Notes: a model not told the origin generated them from the sequence alone. Shown: positions 1 to 8,919, counted from the first letter of the stretch. The stretch: 20,068 nucleotides of DNA from an uncultured euryarchaeote (GCA_937899865.1 CALBRH010000048.1:1-20068), one strand, 5' to 3'. Program-made: numbers and translations.

Positions 1-70
1 TTTGACCCCCATAGGGGGTCATAGGGATATTTTAGACAATAGTTTTCAACCATCAGAATATCGGTTAACT

Positions 71-3000
71 ATGGCGAGTGGTCCTTCATCAAAAAACTCG
101 CTTATTGCGAAATTGATTGTTTTGTTACTTATTTTACAATTGGTCAGCATATCTGTAGGAGGAAATATAACTGATAATTCTACTTCATTAGTGGATGAAA
201 AGGGGGAATTTAATAGCCAGTCTTTATCCGAATTTGATCTAAACTTTGGTTACGATATAGCGGGAGAATACATCGATTTTGACAATATTAATCAAGGTCA
301 AATTCGTTATGAATCAGAATTGGATTCCTATAGTAATCAAGTCTTGCAAGATTCTGCTTCTGGAGCACCAATTGCTACTGATGTCACAATTTCAAACAAT
401 CAAGAAATCAATGCATGTTGGGTTAATCAAGAGGGTTCAATACAATATTATTGGAACAATATTGAAGGAGATACAAAATTGATGCAAGTAGATGAAATAC
501 TTGGCTTAAGTGATGGTGTATCTGTCTTTGATTGTTCAATTTCAGTCAAAGAAAATGGTCGTTCCAGTATGTTGTACACAAATGGGACTGATCTGAAAGC
601 CGGTCAAATCGCTTATGCAAGTTCATTATATTCAAACGGCGATCAATGGCATACAAGAACAATACTTGAAGATGTTAATGTCACAAATGTAGAATTAGCC
701 ATCACGCCTGAACAATTTGAATGGGGAGTTTTCAGAGATGATAATGGTGCTTTGTATAGGGTCAATTATACCGGTGTATTTTGGGTAACTGGATTAATTG
801 ATGCAGGCCCAGTTGGTGAGGATTTTGAGCTTGAAATAAATTCTGCTGGAGATGTCTATTTGATGTATACAAAAGCCAATCAAGCAATACTTCTAACTAT
901 TTCAAACGGCCAATATTCTGAACAAATAATTGCTGACTCTGAAAAATTACATCATGATATTGGATTAACAATGGATGAGTTTGATCTTATACAGCTATTC
1001 ACTTCAACATTAGATGAAAATCAAACAACAATTCGCATTGAAAGGTCTTTAGCCAACGAAAATAATCAACTCAGTTCAAGTCCTAAATTATCAATTCTCA
1101 GTGATTTATCAGATACGTCTTCAAGTGTTGTTCTATTTGCTGATTTCAATGGAGACTACTTTGATGATTTAGCATATTCTGAAGCTGATGGCAACACACA
1201 GATGTTGACAGCAAATGGACGTGTATCTGTACATTATGGTTCACAAGATGGTTTAAGCCCAATTGCTAATTTGACGTGGGAGGGTGTTATGGATTCACAA
1301 ATGTTAGGGAATGGCTTGGCTGCGGGAGATTACAATGGCGATGGCTTTGATGATTTGGCTATTGGCTCGCCTGGAGCAAACACAAATGATGGGCTTGTTC
1401 AGTTTGCTTTTGGTTCTTCAACAGGTCTTTCTACCTCTCTTGAAGAAATTGGTGGAATTTCCTTACCAACACTTTCAGGTGATAAATTCGGTTACTGCCT
1501 TGAGACAGTTGATGATTTGAATTCTGATGGGTATGATGAGATTTTAGTTTGTTCAATTGATTATGAGTTATCATCTGATACTGGAAAAGTTGAGTTATTT
1601 TTCGGAGGCAGCAATGATGGGACTTGGACAAAAATGGGGAGTCCAAACCAAATGTTACAAGGTAGTAATTTCGGCCAATCAATTTCAGCGGATGGAGACC
1701 TCAATGGTGATGGCTTAAATGACCTAGTTATTGGCAATACAGGGACTTTGCAAGATAGTTCGGGATATTCTTCTGTTGAGGTAAGATATGGTTCTAGTAC
1801 AGGCTATGAGTCTAATCCAGACCATTCTTATCAATCCATATCTCCTAACACATTATTTGGTTATCAGGTGCAAATTATTAATGATTTGAATAATGACGGT
1901 TATGATGAATTATTTGTCTCAGAGCCATACAATTCTTCAGGTTTGTTTAACAGTGGAAATGTTTGGGTGTTTTATGGTAATCTCAGTGGAGTGGCAGCAA
2001 CTCCAGAATATCGCATGACTGGTGATGCGAATGACTTGTTAGGGCTAAATTTTGCTTCAGCAGGTGATACTAATAATGATGGGTTTAATGATATGTTTAT
2101 CACTCGAAATGGCGGGTTTGATCAAGGCAAGGTAGAATTAATTCTTGGTTCGGGTGATTTGATTGATGATACCAGTTATTTCGTCGCCGGTGGGACTTCA
2201 AGTTTTGGTCATGCAATTTCAAATCATGGCGATTCGGATGGTGACGGTTTGTCAGAATTCTTCTTTAATTCACAATCAGTCGATGAATCACAAACAGTTT
2301 TTCTTAATCTTGAATCTTACAGTAGAAAATTGTTTGATGTTAGTGAGGTTACAATCTCAGGGGAGTCATTAGACGGTAAGATTCAATCTTCGTCCAATGG
2401 CAACCCGCGGCTAATTTTTGATTTGTATAATGCTACTGAGATGACAGTTCAAACTCAAATGCTGTCCTTACAAAGTGATTCACAATCTAAATCTTGGGTC
2501 ACACAAGACGTTATCGCTGAACATTCATCATTAGATGTCGATACTAATTTTGAATTAACTTCTTCTGGTTCACCTGTGATTCTGTATAACCATGATGGCT
2601 TGAAAATTAGAACTTATTCAGGTTATACAGGAGTTGAATCAGAGATAATAACTACTGCTGGAGATATTGAGCATATCTCATCAGTCACTGGTTTATCCGG
2701 GGAATCTTACATCGCTTACTATTCGCCGGGCACTAATAAATTGTATTTTAGTGAACTAACTGAAACTGGATGGAGCGAGCAAACCGTGACAATAGACGCC
2801 AATATCTCGTCACCGTTTTCTCTTATGGTTAACAACTCAGGTAACCCAGTAATAATCTACCTTGATGATGTTAACAAAGAATTGAATGTAGCCACGTTTG
2901 AATTATCATGGTCGGTAACAAACATTACAACTTCAGGTTTGGTTAATTCTCCGTCATTTTCTAGTTTGATTGATTTCAACGACAATATTGTGATAAGTGC

Positions 3001-6000
3001 AATGATTGATGACGGCATCTCAAATAATTTGAGTGAAATTACCATCAATGGCTCAATAATCGAGTCTACATTTATTGCGATTGAGTCCGATGTTGCCACG
3101 AATCTATCTTTGGTAACCGATGATGACAATGGATTGATACTTTCTTGCTTGACTTCAAGTGGAAGTTTGATTGTTTATGAGAAAGCTAACAATTCAGAAA
3201 TATGGAATTCAATACTATTACCACAACCACAGCAAGTTGGAATAGCAAACACAATCCAAGCTATTGGTGGAGATGTACCAATAATAGCAGTAAATAGTGA
3301 ATTAGATACGATATATGCCAAGATTTCAGGAAATTGGCAAGTGATAGGCGATTCAATTGGCTCTGAAATGGAAGATTTCACAATAATGAGTGCAGATAAC
3401 CAAATTTTTGTTCTTTCAAGAGAGATTGAAACTAATTCAATTATTTGGAATTCGATGGAATTTACTCAAGGTAAGAATGTCGATGAAATATGGCATAAAT
3501 CAAAAATCAAAGACATTCTTGCCGATGATGGCTTTGATACATCTATTGGCAATGGTAAAATATCATTTTTCTCTAAATCTTCTTCTAATAACTTCATTTC
3601 AAATATCGAATTTTTCATAGATAGTGATAATGATCATATTTTTGATTCCATAGATGAACTAAACAACACTCCAAATCAGTGGTCTGACCAAGACGGTGAT
3701 GGTTATGGAGATAATATTCATGCCCCAATAAGTGATGATTGTCCAACTCAGTCAGGTACTTCATCAATTTTGATTTTAGGATGCTTTGACGCTGATGGAG
3801 ACGGATATGATGATTTAACAGATGACTGCAATACAGGTTTCGGTCATTCATGGCTTGGGCGTTATGGTTGCACTGATTTCGATCAAGATGGCTGGGTAGA
3901 TTGGAATTCACTGTATCCATTTGGTGATATTTTCAGTTCTAATTGGAAACAAGCCTTTGATTCTGATGGTGACTCTTACGGTGATAATCATGGACCAGAT
4001 TGTTGCGACACATGGTATGATGATGATGCGCCACCTGGAGATGAATTCCCGTTTGATTCTAAACAATATACTGATTATGATGGTGATGGTTATGGTGATA
4101 ATTCATCAGATTTCATTGGTGGCGATGCGTGTAAGTATGATTATGGGACCTCATTCATAGATCGTCTAGGATGCCAAGATAGTGATGGCGATGGCGCATC
4201 AGATCCTAGTAATTTGTGGAATGAATCAATGGGTGCAGATTTGTGGCCTAATGATTCTACTCAATGGATAGATTCAGATGGCGACGGCTATGGTGACAAC
4301 AGTTCTGATGGTGCAACTAATCCAGATTACTTCCCAAACAATATGGCTGCAGTTAATGATTCAGATGGTGATGGGTATCCAGATAACTTTACTCAATTTT
4401 ATGATGGTTCTAATGCCCAAGGGTTACAAATTGATGGGTGCCCATTAGTCGCTGGAAATTCAACTAATCCATTCTATGGTTGTCTTGATTCTGATGGTGA
4501 TAATTATCGAGATATTTACACATTTGATATAAACCCAACAACTGGTCTTAGAGAAAATCAAACTGGAGATGCCTTTCCCTTTGATCCAAATCAGTGGTTT
4601 GACACTGATGGTGATGGTTTCGGAGACTTCCAAGGTGGGGAATCAGCTGATATCTGTCCAAATGCCCCTGGAGTAATCAATGGTACATTAGGAATTGGCT
4701 GTCCAATAATTGATGGTAATGATGATGATGGAGACTTTGTAATTAATGAAATAGACCTTTGTCCAGAGACACAATTTGGTTTAATTGTGGACTTGAATGG
4801 TTGTGCTACGAATCAACTTGATTCCGATTCAGATGGCGTTACCGATGATATTGACCTTTGTCCAGATACTGATGCCTTAGATTTGGCATATGAGGATGGC
4901 TGTAGCCAAGTTCAAAGAGAAGTAGATACTGATACAGATGGTGTCTATGATTATCTTGATTTATGCCCCAATACGCCAAATGACGAAATCCCAGATTTAG
5001 ATGGTTGTTCACTTTCTCAAAAAGATTCTGATAATGATGGTATAACTGATGACATAGATGTTTGTCCCAACACTCCAGAAAATTACCCGGTATTGGCAGA
5101 TGGTTGTACTGATGAAACTGCTAAAGAAATAGATTGGGATGATGATGGTTATTTTGGTGATGAAGATGAGTTTATGTTTGATTCATCCCAATGGGCTGAC
5201 ACAGATGGTGATGGATATGGTGACAATGCTGAAGGTGTAAATGGGGACAAATGTCCGCAAGTTAATGGTAATTCTACCGAAGACCGTTTGGGTTGTTTAG
5301 ATACTGATGGAGACGGTTATTCTGATGCGACTTTTGATTTCCCGGCATCACCAAGTGGAACTGCTGACTTTGATCCAAATGATGCTACGCAATGGCGAGA
5401 TAATGATGGTGATGGCTATGGGGATAACGCCACTGGTTTAAACCCAGATTTGTGTCCTAATACCAATCCTCTGTATCGTACATCGGTTGACTTATCTGGA
5501 TGTGCAGCAAATGAACGAGATACTGATGGTGATGGTGTAGTCGACAGTTTGGATAATTGTCCAACAACAGCCAAAGGTGTCGGTGGTTACTCAGATGGTT
5601 GCCCAATTGAAAAACAAGATGAAACTGGCCAGTCAGTTGAAATACTTGGCTTATCAATAATCTGGTTTATTTCAATTGTAGTGGGGGTTGTTTTATTATT
5701 TGTATTAATTGTAATTTTACGTAACAGAGTCCTAGATGATGAAGATTGGTATGATGAGGATGAGGACGATGATGACTATTATGAAGAAGATAGACTATCT
5801 TTCTTAGATGTCGCTCGAAATAGGCAAACAATAGCGCAGCCAAGTGCACCGATTAGGCAACAAATTTCTGGCCCAATAGGATCGCCTACTCCAAGAGCAG
5901 GACCTACACAAGCTCCTCCTTCAAGAGGAAATACTCCTCCACCAGGGCCGCCAAAATTCAATCGTGATAGAGCAACTCCATCCAGATCAAAGGCTAGTGG

Positions 6001-6253
6001 TAAGAAAGTCTCAAAGAAGGTGACAACAAGTGATGGTCAAAAGAAAGTACGTAGGGCAATTGTCGAGATAGAAGAGGATATCTTTGAGAATATCAAACAA
6101 TCATCTATTGATGAAGCAATTGTTGACTTAAACGATACTTCATTTGATAATGAAAGACAAATATTGATGTATTTGCAAGGGAAAGGTTGGAATGCACCTC
6201 AATCTCGAGCAATAATTAACCTAGCAAAAACTAGGTCTCGACAATTGAAATAG
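71..6253 (+). CDS. Giant single-pass surface protein (~2060 aa): signal/anchor, propeller-like repeats, 7 FG-GAP repeats, thrombospondin type 3-like Ca-binding repeats, C-terminal TM helix and cytoplasmic tail
   Basis: ORF 2..6253. The ATG at 71 (MASGPSSKNS) directly precedes a hydrophobic segment (LIAKLIVLLLILQLVSISVGG), so it is preferred over the TTG at 2. Contains FG-GAP motifs (e.g. AAGDYNGDGFDDLAIGSPG), DxDGDG/Cys repeats and a TM segment ILGLSIIWFISIVVGVVLLFVLIVIL at 5642-5719. Confidence 0.9.
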   Translation: MASGPSSKNSLIAKLIVLLLILQLVSISVGGNITDNSTSLVDEKGEFNSQSLSEFDLNFGYDIAGEYIDFDNINQGQIRYESELDSYSNQVLQDSASGAPIATDVTISNNQEINACWVNQEGSIQYYWNNIEGDTKLMQVDEILGLSDGVSVFDCSISVKENGRSSMLYTNGTDLKAGQIAYASSLYSNGDQWHTRTILEDVNVTNVELAITPEQFEWGVFRDDNGALYRVNYTGVFWVTGLIDAGPVGEDFELEINSAGDVYLMYTKANQAILLTISNGQYSEQIIADSEKLHHDIGLTMDEFDLIQLFTSTLDENQTTIRIERSLANENNQLSSSPKLSILSDLSDTSSSVVLFADFNGDYFDDLAYSEADGNTQMLTANGRVSVHYGSQDGLSPIANLTWEGVMDSQMLGNGLAAGDYNGDGFDDLAIGSPGANTNDGLVQFAFGSSTGLSTSLEEIGGISLPTLSGDKFGYCLETVDDLNSDGYDEILVCSIDYELSSDTGKVELFFGGSNDGTWTKMGSPNQMLQGSNFGQSISADGDLNGDGLNDLVIGNTGTLQDSSGYSSVEVRYGSSTGYESNPDHSYQSISPNTLFGYQVQIINDLNNDGYDELFVSEPYNSSGLFNSGNVWVFYGNLSGVAATPEYRMTGDANDLLGLNFASAGDTNNDGFNDMFITRNGGFDQGKVELILGSGDLIDDTSYFVAGGTSSFGHAISNHGDSDGDGLSEFFFNSQSVDESQTVFLNLESYSRKLFDVSEVTISGESLDGKIQSSSNGNPRLIFDLYNATEMTVQTQMLSLQSDSQSKSWVTQDVIAEHSSLDVDTNFELTSSGSPVILYNHDGLKIRTYSGYTGVESEIITTAGDIEHISSVTGLSGESYIAYYSPGTNKLYFSELTETGWSEQTVTIDANISSPFSLMVNNSGNPVIIYLDDVNKELNVATFELSWSVTNITTSGLVNSPSFSSLIDFNDNIVISAMIDDGISNNLSEITINGSIIESTFIAIESDVATNLSLVTDDDNGLILSCLTSSGSLIVYEKANNSEIWNSILLPQPQQVGIANTIQAIGGDVPIIAVNSELDTIYAKISGNWQVIGDSIGSEMEDFTIMSADNQIFVLSREIETNSIIWNSMEFTQGKNVDEIWHKSKIKDILADDGFDTSIGNGKISFFSKSSSNNFISNIEFFIDSDNDHIFDSIDELNNTPNQWSDQDGDGYGDNIHAPISDDCPTQSGTSSILILGCFDADGDGYDDLTDDCNTGFGHSWLGRYGCTDFDQDGWVDWNSLYPFGDIFSSNWKQAFDSDGDSYGDNHGPDCCDTWYDDDAPPGDEFPFDSKQYTDYDGDGYGDNSSDFIGGDACKYDYGTSFIDRLGCQDSDGDGASDPSNLWNESMGADLWPNDSTQWIDSDGDGYGDNSSDGATNPDYFPNNMAAVNDSDGDGYPDNFTQFYDGSNAQGLQIDGCPLVAGNSTNPFYGCLDSDGDNYRDIYTFDINPTTGLRENQTGDAFPFDPNQWFDTDGDGFGDFQGGESADICPNAPGVINGTLGIGCPIIDGNDDDGDFVINEIDLCPETQFGLIVDLNGCATNQLDSDSDGVTDDIDLCPDTDALDLAYEDGCSQVQREVDTDTDGVYDYLDLCPNTPNDEIPDLDGCSLSQKDSDNDGITDDIDVCPNTPENYPVLADGCTDETAKEIDWDDDGYFGDEDEFMFDSSQWADTDGDGYGDNAEGVNGDKCPQVNGNSTEDRLGCLDTDGDGYSDATFDFPASPSGTADFDPNDATQWRDNDGDGYGDNATGLNPDLCPNTNPLYRTSVDLSGCAANERDTDGDGVVDSLDNCPTTAKGVGGYSDGCPIEKQDETGQSVEILGLSIIWFISIVVGVVLLFVLIVILRNRVLDDEDWYDEDEDDDDYYEEDRLSFLDVARNRQTIAQPSAPIRQQISGPIGSPTPRAGPTQAPPSRGNTPPPGPPKFNRDRATPSRSKASGKKVSKKVTTSDGQKKVRRAIVEIEEDIFENIKQSSIDEAIVDLNDTSFDNERQILMYLQGKGWNAPQSRAIINLAKTRSRQLK
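1136..2269 (+). repeat. Seven FG-GAP (integrin-alpha-like) repeats within the giant CDS
   Basis: FADFNGDYFDDLAYS, AGDYNGDGFDDLAIG, VDDLNSDGYDEILVC, DGDLNGDGLNDLVIG, INDLNNDGYDELFVS, AGDTNNDGFNDMFIT and HGDSDGDGLSEFFFN occur about every 60 aa. Several are preceded by FG/LG motifs (DKFGY, SNFGQ, TLFGY, DLLGL, SSFGH). Confidence 0.88.
3620..5605 (+). repeat. Thrombospondin type 3-like Asp/Cys-rich repeat stalk (~20 DxDxDG-type loops) within the giant CDS
   Basis: Recurrent units QWxDxDGDGYGDN, GCxDxDGDGxxD and CPxT..DxxGC..DxDxDGVxD. Confidence 0.88.
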
Positions 6254-6292
6254 GTATTACTTTTCAAAGATGAGTCGACAGCGGAATTTGAC

Positions 6293-6298
6293 GGAGGG
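6293..6298 (+). promoter_or_regulatory. Shine-Dalgarno-like site for the CDS at 6305
   Basis: GGAGGG lies 6 nt upstream of the ATG at 6305. Confidence 0.6.
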
Positions 6299-6304
6299 AT
6301 ATAG

Positions 6305-7795
6305 ATGACAGAACAAGTGATTGAAGGTGCATCTCTTCCAGAGGGAATTGAAGTCGATGAGACCTCAGCCTATTTCGGCATTACTAAGTCATCAGATATC
6401 GTTCACCAGTTGATGTCAATGGACAGAAACCAATCAATAGTTGAATTCTTTGGTATGGTCTCTGATATTGTATTAAAACCAGGTGATTTTGATTTTGAAG
6501 AAGCTAGCAAAATTCTGAATTGCGAAGGAGGTGAGATTTACTTCTTGGTTTCTGGACATCTTGGTTTGATGAGTTTTTCAGACCCAATTCTACATTATCT
6601 TGGACTTCCTAACTCACTTGGAGAAGATTCCCCTAATGGGAAGCCTACTATTGGAGATACACAATTTGAATCTATAAAACGATTAGCAGACCCGATGAAC
6701 ATCTTGAAAGTATTAGCAATTGCTCAAACAACAGGTGGATCAGATGAAGTGATGAAATATTATCTTACAATGTCTAAGATTTTACAAGATGTAAATACTA
6801 ATTCAACACTTTTGGCCGAAATAGCAGAGGAATTTGATGCCTCACTAGATGTTATTGGCCATGCAATTCCTATCTCTAATCTAGCTAATTCAACAATAGA
6901 TACATCTGATATTTCTACTACTTCATCATTAAAGCCTGAACCAACTAAGATTGAAAGTGAACCTAAACCAGTAGAAAATGTACCGATTTCTACTGTAAAA
7001 TCCGCTGATTCAATTGCTAAGACGGAACAAACAGTATCTGTGCCTTTACCAGGCAAATCTACACCAATCAAGGAGGAGCCTGTTGAAGAAATTCAAAAGG
7101 CAGTAGTTGAGGCTAAAATTACTGATAGAAAGGCAGCTAAAGTCACTGACAATGCCTTTGAAGGGGCATTTGGTATGGCTCAGTCAGGTTTGGAAGATGT
7201 AGTTGAAACAGTTGAAAAAACGGAGACAAATGAGGCCGATGTTGTTGCTGAAGAGTCAATTGAGGAACAAACTGAAAAAATCTCCAATCTTCAAGAAGAA
7301 AATACTACAGAGGAACCATTTGTTAGTGCAGCAGAGATGTTTATTCAGTCCGATAAAGATGATGATGGAACATTATCTGTCGAGGAATTAGCTGATGCTA
7401 CTGGATTATCTATTGAGGAATCTAAAGAATTGCATAAAGAAGCAGATAAAGATGATGATGGTAAGATGTCATTATCTGAATTTGTTGCTTCACCAGTAGT
7501 AGAAAAAGTAGCTGCTAATCTACCAAGACCAGTTGCTCCAGTTAGAAAACCAGTAAATCGAGCAGAACCAAAACCAAATCAGCAGCAGAATACACCACCA
7601 CAAAATCTTGCACCTCAACCAGTTGTTAGTTCGCAACCTATCAATCAAGCACCTCCTCAAATGCCACAACAACCGATGTGGAATCAACCGGTACAGCCGA
7701 CAATTCGCTCAGGTGTAAACTGTCGAGGTTGTGGAATTGGTATTGACCCATTTTGGCGTTTTTGTCCAGTTTGTGGTAGTCAGAATCTAAACTAA
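6305..7795 (+). CDS. Hypothetical cytoplasmic protein (496 aa) with an EF-hand pair and a C-terminal zinc ribbon
   Basis: EF-hand loops DKDDDGTLSVEE (from 7352) and DKDDDGKMSLSE (from 7445), 31 aa apart. Pro/Gln-rich linker and C-terminal CRGC-x10-CPVC. No signal peptide or TM segment. The N-terminal ~200 aa are unrecognised. Confidence 0.85.
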   Translation: MTEQVIEGASLPEGIEVDETSAYFGITKSSDIVHQLMSMDRNQSIVEFFGMVSDIVLKPGDFDFEEASKILNCEGGEIYFLVSGHLGLMSFSDPILHYLGLPNSLGEDSPNGKPTIGDTQFESIKRLADPMNILKVLAIAQTTGGSDEVMKYYLTMSKILQDVNTNSTLLAEIAEEFDASLDVIGHAIPISNLANSTIDTSDISTTSSLKPEPTKIESEPKPVENVPISTVKSADSIAKTEQTVSVPLPGKSTPIKEEPVEEIQKAVVEAKITDRKAAKVTDNAFEGAFGMAQSGLEDVVETVEKTETNEADVVAEESIEEQTEKISNLQEENTTEEPFVSAAEMFIQSDKDDDGTLSVEELADATGLSIEESKELHKEADKDDDGKMSLSEFVASPVVEKVAANLPRPVAPVRKPVNRAEPKPNQQQNTPPQNLAPQPVVSSQPINQAPPQMPQQPMWNQPVQPTIRSGVNCRGCGIGIDPFWRFCPVCGSQNLN

Positions 7796-8919
7796 TCAAT
7801 TTCTAAAATGAATTCTCCGTCTTGTAGAATTTGTGAATCATCTAACCAAACACTAGGTTTTGTTAATACTCCTGGAATATGTATTCCAACAGCTGATGAG
7901 CCGCCAAGAGCAGTATTATCACCGATTGAGAAATAACAAGTGCCTAGACGTTTTTCATCTTCAAGCACATTACCACCCATTCTAGCTTGGTCATTCATCC
8001 CAAAGCCGAACTCAGCAATAGTCCAAACACTTTCTCGATCTTTTGAGCGCAATTTTTTCGCAACTTCTCCAAATTCTTGCCGAATATTTGCTGCTATTTG
8101 GCCACCTTTAACATCGACAACCATACCATTTTCGATTTGCAATTCTATCTTTTCATCCAATAATGTTGAGTCCCAAGAACCATCAATAATCAAAATTCCA
8201 TTCATGGTGCCTTCACGCGGCATGATAAATGCCTTGCCAGCCGGAAGATTAGTCAGCATTCTAGGACGATTACAAATACCGTTATCATCTAATTTCCATT
8301 CTCGCCAATTGACCTCAAAGGTAATATCAGTGCCTTGCTTTGATTTTACATTAACAATTCTTCTTCGACGGAAATGAGGGCCAAGATTACTGATTCGTTT
8401 TTTGATTTTATTAAAATCTGCAGCCATTCCACCATGGGTAAACATCTCATTGGTAATCCCTGGCATTGTCGCAACTCTAGCACCATCTCTGAGCGCTTGC
8501 CTAATGGCTCTAGTGTGAGTTAGAGAATACTTGGTTGGAGCCAAAACAACTTGTTGTTGACGCATCAAATTTGCCACGGGCGCCGGTGGTTCTTCTCCAT
8601 GATGCTTTGCTTTGGGCATTACAATCAACAAAACACGTTCTGATTTATTGATAGTCGCTTCATGGAGTACTTTACCAATTTCTCCAGTAGTTGGGTCGCA
8701 TACAATTAGAACATTTTCACCACGTCTAATATCCATACATGTTTCGACAACCATTTTTGCTGATGCAGATAGTAATTCCTCTATTGATTCATCATTAGTC
8801 GGTTCCTGAACGGTCTTTTCTTTGTCATTAGAACCGATGACTGAATCAACAATTTCATTTAGGTCCTCATCAGGTTCTTTGCGAGTCTCCTCAGGATTAT
8901 CCTGCTTTTTCCTCGCCAT
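7792..8919 (-). CDS. Peptidase M29 (aminopeptidase T-like) homolog, probably catalytically degenerate (~375 aa)
   Basis: GENVLIVCD, SLTHTRA..A...GARVATMPG, NLPAG, IAEFGFGMN, EDEK and KPSVWLD match the short archaeal M29 pattern. ATG at 8919 (MARKKQ) is chosen because the ORF-track extension to 9087 overlaps the divergent gene. The stop overlaps the upstream CDS stop by 4 bp. Confidence 0.85.
   Translation of the reverse strand: MARKKQDNPEETRKEPDEDLNEIVDSVIGSNDKEKTVQEPTNDESIEELLSASAKMVVETCMDIRRGENVLIVCDPTTGEIGKVLHEATINKSERVLLIVMPKAKHHGEEPPAPVANLMRQQQVVLAPTKYSLTHTRAIRQALRDGARVATMPGITNEMFTHGGMAADFNKIKKRISNLGPHFRRRRIVNVKSKQGTDITFEVNWREWKLDDNGICNRPRMLTNLPAGKAFIMPREGTMNGILIIDGSWDSTLLDEKIELQIENGMVVDVKGGQIAANIRQEFGEVAKKLRSKDRESVWTIAEFGFGMNDQARMGGNVLEDEKRLGTCYFSIGDNTALGGSSAVGIHIPGVLTKPSVWLDDSQILQDGEFILEID

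Noticed and set aside
2-70. N-terminal extension of the giant ORF from TTG at 2
   Set aside because: It crosses the hairpin/promoter region, and ATG 71 places the hydrophobic signal at the N-terminus.
4070-5430. Recurring GATGGTGATGG-like DNA words, considered as a CRISPR array or diversity-generating-retroelement repeats
   Set aside because: They are in-frame codons for DGDG with synonymous variation and irregular spacing. No cas or reverse-transcriptase gene is in the window.
279-5961. Short alternative-frame and antisense ORFs inside the giant CDS (e.g. 279-482, 2857-3129, 3615-3920, 5779-5961)
   Set aside because: They are fully nested in a well-supported gene, carry no motifs, and are typical shadows of repeat-rich coding sequence.
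7940-8377. 145-aa plus-strand ORF antisense to the M29 homolog
   Set aside because: It is an antisense shadow rich in Ser/Ile/Phe with no recognisable domain.
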